Assembly (NCBI GenBank): GCA_905235705.1
Contig: CAJOML010000002.1
Location: 3,485 to 67,484 of the forward strand
DNA: 64,000 nt
Reading direction: 5' to 3'
DNA from: an uncultured Bacilli bacterium
Lineage (GTDB): Bacteria > Bacillota_I > Bacilli_A > RFN20 > CAG-826
Shown here: in pieces, positions 61,353 to 64,000 of the stretch
Position numbering within the stretch: the first letter of the stretch is position 1
Layout: the number at the start of each line of letters is the position of its first letter
The notes under the pieces: model-generated
Databases searched by the model: none
What the model was told of the DNA's origin: nothing
What the model saw: the letters and a program-made list of their open reading frames with translations, nothing else
Position numbers and translations under genes: made by a program

Positions 61353-62669
61353 ATGTCATTTCCGATTTTTGCATATATTGCCTTGTTTTTGCTTGCCGGA
61401 TTACTTTCGACCCGCTTAATGAAGGTTCTTCGCCTTCCCAATGTCACCGGCTATATCATCACAGGCATCATAATGGGCCCTTATGTTTTCGGCCTCTTCT
61501 TCAATAATTTCACCTATGATGGGATAAAAACTTCCACCATTGCGAATTTCATTAACCAATTATCCTGGGTTTCGCAGGTGGCCTTGGGCTTTATCGCCTT
61601 TTCCATTGGCACCTCATTTAAAGCCTCTGCTCTTAAAGCGGTTGGTAAAAGGGTTATTGTCATCACCGTGCTTGAAGCTTTGGGGGCTTCGGTCATGGTT
61701 TTCCTCGCTTTGATGGTGGCCCACTTTATTTTCCCTAATCAAGTCGGGTGGGAACTTGTCCTAACCTTAAGCGCGATCGCCTCGGCTACCGCTCCAGCGG
61801 CGACTTTGATGGTCATCAAGCAATATCGGGCAAGGGGGGAACTGGTGAATACCTTGCTTCCGGTTGTTGCCTTAGATGATGCGGTTGCTTTGATCCTATT
61901 TGCCGTTTTATTCCAAATCGCCTCAACCGTATCTTTAGGCTCTGGGTTAGATCCCTATAGAATGATTGTCAAACCAATCTTAGAAATCCTGATTTCGTTG
62001 GGTTTTGGGGCGATATTAGGATTAATCATTTCTTTCGCAAACAAGTTCTTCAAATCCCGCAATAACCGATTGATTTTTTGCATTTTCACGATTTTTGCGG
62101 CTTTAGGGATATATATGTTATTCCGTCAGCCTGAACTTGGTGGATTTGAATTATCGTCGTTATTAACTTGTATGATGGCCGGTGCCTTATATACGAACTT
62201 ACGGAAAGACTCTGGTCCAACCTTCGATGTTTTGGAACGCTTTACCGCGCCTGTTTATATGCTGTTCTTCCTTCTTTCTGGTGCTTCGCTAGATTTAACG
62301 ATTTTCACCTCCCCAAAAGGTCTAGTTGTCTTGGCGATCGCGTTGGTTTATATCGTCTTCCGCGTAATCGGCAAATGGGGCGGAGCTTTTGCTGGGGCAA
62401 GCCTTACCCATGCGCCAGATAAAGTTAGAAAATACCTTGGCTTAACGTTAGTTCCCCAGGCTGGCGTAGCCATTGGTTTAGCGACGACATGTGCATCCTT
62501 ATTCGGCACGAGCCCCGCCACTGAGGAAGCCGGCGCCTTAGTATTAGCTATCGTTTTGACTTCGACGCTAGTTTACGAGCTTGTTGGCCCCCTTGTTACC
62601 AAATTTGCCTTATCCAAAGCGGGCGAAATCCCAGAGGAAAACGAACCATCTTCGCCCAAGAAAATATAA
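61353..62669 (+). CDS. Monovalent cation:proton antiporter (Na+/H+ exchanger family, CPA2-like), no RCK domain
   Basis: 438 aa. N-terminus LLAGLLSTRLMKVLRLPNVTGYIITGIIMGPYVFG is typical of Na_H_Exchanger proteins. About 12-13 TM segments. Confidence 0.8.
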   Translation: MSFPIFAYIALFLLAGLLSTRLMKVLRLPNVTGYIITGIIMGPYVFGLFFNNFTYDGIKTSTIANFINQLSWVSQVALGFIAFSIGTSFKASALKAVGKRVIVITVLEALGASVMVFLALMVAHFIFPNQVGWELVLTLSAIASATAPAATLMVIKQYRARGELVNTLLPVVALDDAVALILFAVLFQIASTVSLGSGLDPYRMIVKPILEILISLGFGAILGLIISFANKFFKSRNNRLIFCIFTIFAALGIYMLFRQPELGGFELSSLLTCMMAGALYTNLRKDSGPTFDVLERFTAPVYMLFFLLSGASLDLTIFTSPKGLVVLAIALVYIVFRVIGKWGGAFAGASLTHAPDKVRKYLGLTLVPQAGVAIGLATTCASLFGTSPATEEAGALVLAIVLTSTLVYELVGPLVTKFALSKAGEIPEENEPSSPKKI

Positions 62670-62690
62670 AAAAGCGCGGACCTGCCGCGC
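62668..62690 (-). terminator. Intrinsic terminator of the minus-strand membrane-protein gene (possibly bidirectional)
   Basis: GCGCGG-ACCTG-CCGCGC hairpin. The U-tract is on the minus strand only (plus-strand AAAAAA at 62668-62673, which overlaps the antiporter stop). Confidence 0.65.
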
Positions 62691-62709
62691 ATTAGAGAGG
62701 AGTAAGGAC

Positions 62710-63408
62710 TTATTCCTCTTTTTCGTTTGCTTCGTCTTGCTGGGCTGGGCTTTCTTCTTTTTGAAGTTCTTTTTCAAGCTGAGCAAGGGCTTTTTGGTGG
62801 AAACGATAGATGACAAGCGTTCCTAGTCCTAAGCCGGTTCCAACCGCTAAGAAGACTGCACCGACGATAATGAAGAAAGTGCTCAAGATTGCACGAGGGT
62901 CGTTTTTGAGGTAGATCAAAATCAAAATACCAGCGGTGATAAGCACGGCGGAACCGATGACATTGAAGACCACATCGATGGGGCGCGAAACTTTTTTGAC
63001 GCCAAGGATGATTCCATAGATTAAAACGAAAGTCCCGACGACAATCGCGGCGATTCCTAAGAAATCCCCGAAGAAGCGGAATAAGAAGCTCGCGTCGGCG
63101 ATATTATCGGTGACAAGTCTCGATAAATGGATGATCGAAATACCGATGGCAAGTTCTAATGAAGAGGCAACGGCCCTTCCTCTAATGACGGTGAAGATGT
63201 CTTTTTTGGCTTCGTTGATAACGGTTAAGACGTTAAGCAATAAGCGAGTGCTTGCATCGACGATGATGACGATACCAAAGATTAAAATGATGACCGATTG
63301 GAACGATGCGCTGTCGCGATTAATGAGATTGGCAATGCCAAAACCAATGAGAATGCCGGAAATAATCAGGTTCCATATAAGCCAACTGAGTTTTCCACGA
63401 GTAAACAT
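62710..63408 (-). CDS. Hypothetical multi-pass membrane protein with acidic coiled C-terminus (DUF308/HdeD-like?)
   Basis: 232 aa. About six hydrophobic helices of repetitive G/I/L/V composition. RBS GAGAGGA. The family call is tentative. Confidence 0.5.
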   Translation of the reverse strand: MFTRGKLSWLIWNLIISGILIGFGIANLINRDSASFQSVIILIFGIVIIVDASTRLLLNVLTVINEAKKDIFTVIRGRAVASSLELAIGISIIHLSRLVTDNIADASFLFRFFGDFLGIAAIVVGTFVLIYGIILGVKKVSRPIDVVFNVIGSAVLITAGILILIYLKNDPRAILSTFFIIVGAVFLAVGTGLGLGTLVIYRFHQKALAQLEKELQKEESPAQQDEANEKEE

Positions 63409-63494
63409 AACGGGTCCTCTCTTTCGTTAACTAAAATATAATAATTGCCGTTTAGGCAATCGCCAATAGGATTTTCATTTTTATGGCAAAGAGT

Positions 63495-63500
63495 TAGAAT
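63495..63500 (+). promoter_or_regulatory. -10 hexamer close to the start codon (leaderless-type), phoH-like gene
   Basis: TAGAAT, 7 nt before the ATG at 63508. A TTTTCA -35-like hexamer lies 17 nt upstream. Confidence 0.45.
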
Positions 63501-63507
63501 AGGCTAG

Positions 63508-64000
63508 ATGGCAAACCAACCTTCCAATTACAGCCTCTTCGGATTCGACTTCGGCGCCAACGAAGGACAACGTGAATTGATTCGGCTGATTAACGATGAC
63601 TGTGCGAGAACGCCAGTTGTTTTTTGTAAAGGCAGTGCCGGAACCGGCAAGACCTTTGCGACTTTGGCGGCTTCCTTAAACCTTATCAGAGGCAAAGGGG
63701 CAAAACGTAAATACAGAAAGATTTTCTATGTCCGTGAACCGGTTGAGATTGGGCATAGACTTGGCTATTTAAAGGGTACTGCGGAAGAAAAGTACTCTCC
63801 CTACCTCGGCGGCCTTTTAGATAACTACAACCATTTGATGGCGAACGTGCGTCCAGAAGAAGGGGTTAATTCCCATCTGAAGGCACCCAAAAAGAAAAAG
63901 GTCGTTGAATTAGATGACGAGGTGATCGAATCGGCTTTATATGAACGCTTGCCAAGTGATATTACCCCGTTAGCCCCTGAATTTGTCCGTGGACGTTCCT
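63508..64000 (+). CDS. PhoH-family ATPase (partial, continues beyond the window)
   Basis: My translation: MANQPSNYSLFGFDFGANEGQRELIRLIND...VFCKGSAGTGKTFATLAA (Walker A) ... EFVRGRS (PhoH RGR motif). Not in the ORF track because it is open-ended. Confidence 0.8.
   Translation, partial: MANQPSNYSLFGFDFGANEGQRELIRLINDDCARTPVVFCKGSAGTGKTFATLAASLNLIRGKGAKRKYRKIFYVREPVEIGHRLGYLKGTAEEKYSPYLGGLLDNYNHLMANVRPEEGVNSHLKAPKKKKVVELDDEVIESALYERLPSDITPLAPEFVRGRS

Noticed and set aside
1-64000. Search for CRISPR arrays, tRNA/rRNA genes, IS elements, integrases, toxin-antitoxin or known defence-system genes
   Set aside because: I saw no direct-repeat/spacer periodicity, no cloverleaf-capable gap (the largest non-coding gap is ~120 nt), and no transposase or integrase-like ORF. 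All ORFs over 100 aa that are not shadows are accounted for by the calls above.

Overview
The window is a very compact (about 97% coding), housekeeping-rich chromosome segment from a mid-GC Bacillota-type organism. The lineage guess, Erysipelotrichia/Mollicutes-like, is inference only. Several Bacillus subtilis origin-proximal synteny blocks are recognisable: pth-mfd-rqcP(yabO)-tilS-ftsH, dus...lysS, dnaX-ebfC-recR-tmk-holB-ricT-rsmI (inverted here), prfA-prmC-ywlC, comFA-comFC-secA-prfB and uvrB. Between them sit accessory islands:
- GDP-heptose-type sugar activation genes
- a DUF368/TetR pair
- a MarR plus heterodimeric ABC exporter
- a CIRCE-controlled hsp20
- a copA-copZ-csoR operon with a CsoR-type operator
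- a MacB-type ABC plus peptidase
- a GH2/HAD/esterase/nucleotidase/patatin cluster

I saw no rRNA, tRNA, CRISPR array or IS/prophage signature; no intergenic gap is long enough to hold one. The most interesting candidate for an undescribed system is a translationally coupled operon at 34438-41125. It encodes an internally duplicated (fused) DUF1538 membrane protein, two divergent PII-like signal proteins and a 1097-aa YfhO-like GT-C membrane protein.

Other notable points:
- a conserved hairpin/-10-like motif occurs in front of comFA and of a hypothetical ORF
- many operon-leading genes have a leaderless-type promoter geometry
- the TilS homologue has a degenerate PP-loop
- hsp20 has tandem CIRCE elements
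- TsaC is fused to RpiB
- RicT carries a long basic Q/N-rich tail
- a second small PII-like ORF is coupled to a cation/proton antiporter
- a Cof-type HAD gene is frameshifted

All family assignments come from my reading of motifs in the translations. No database search was run.
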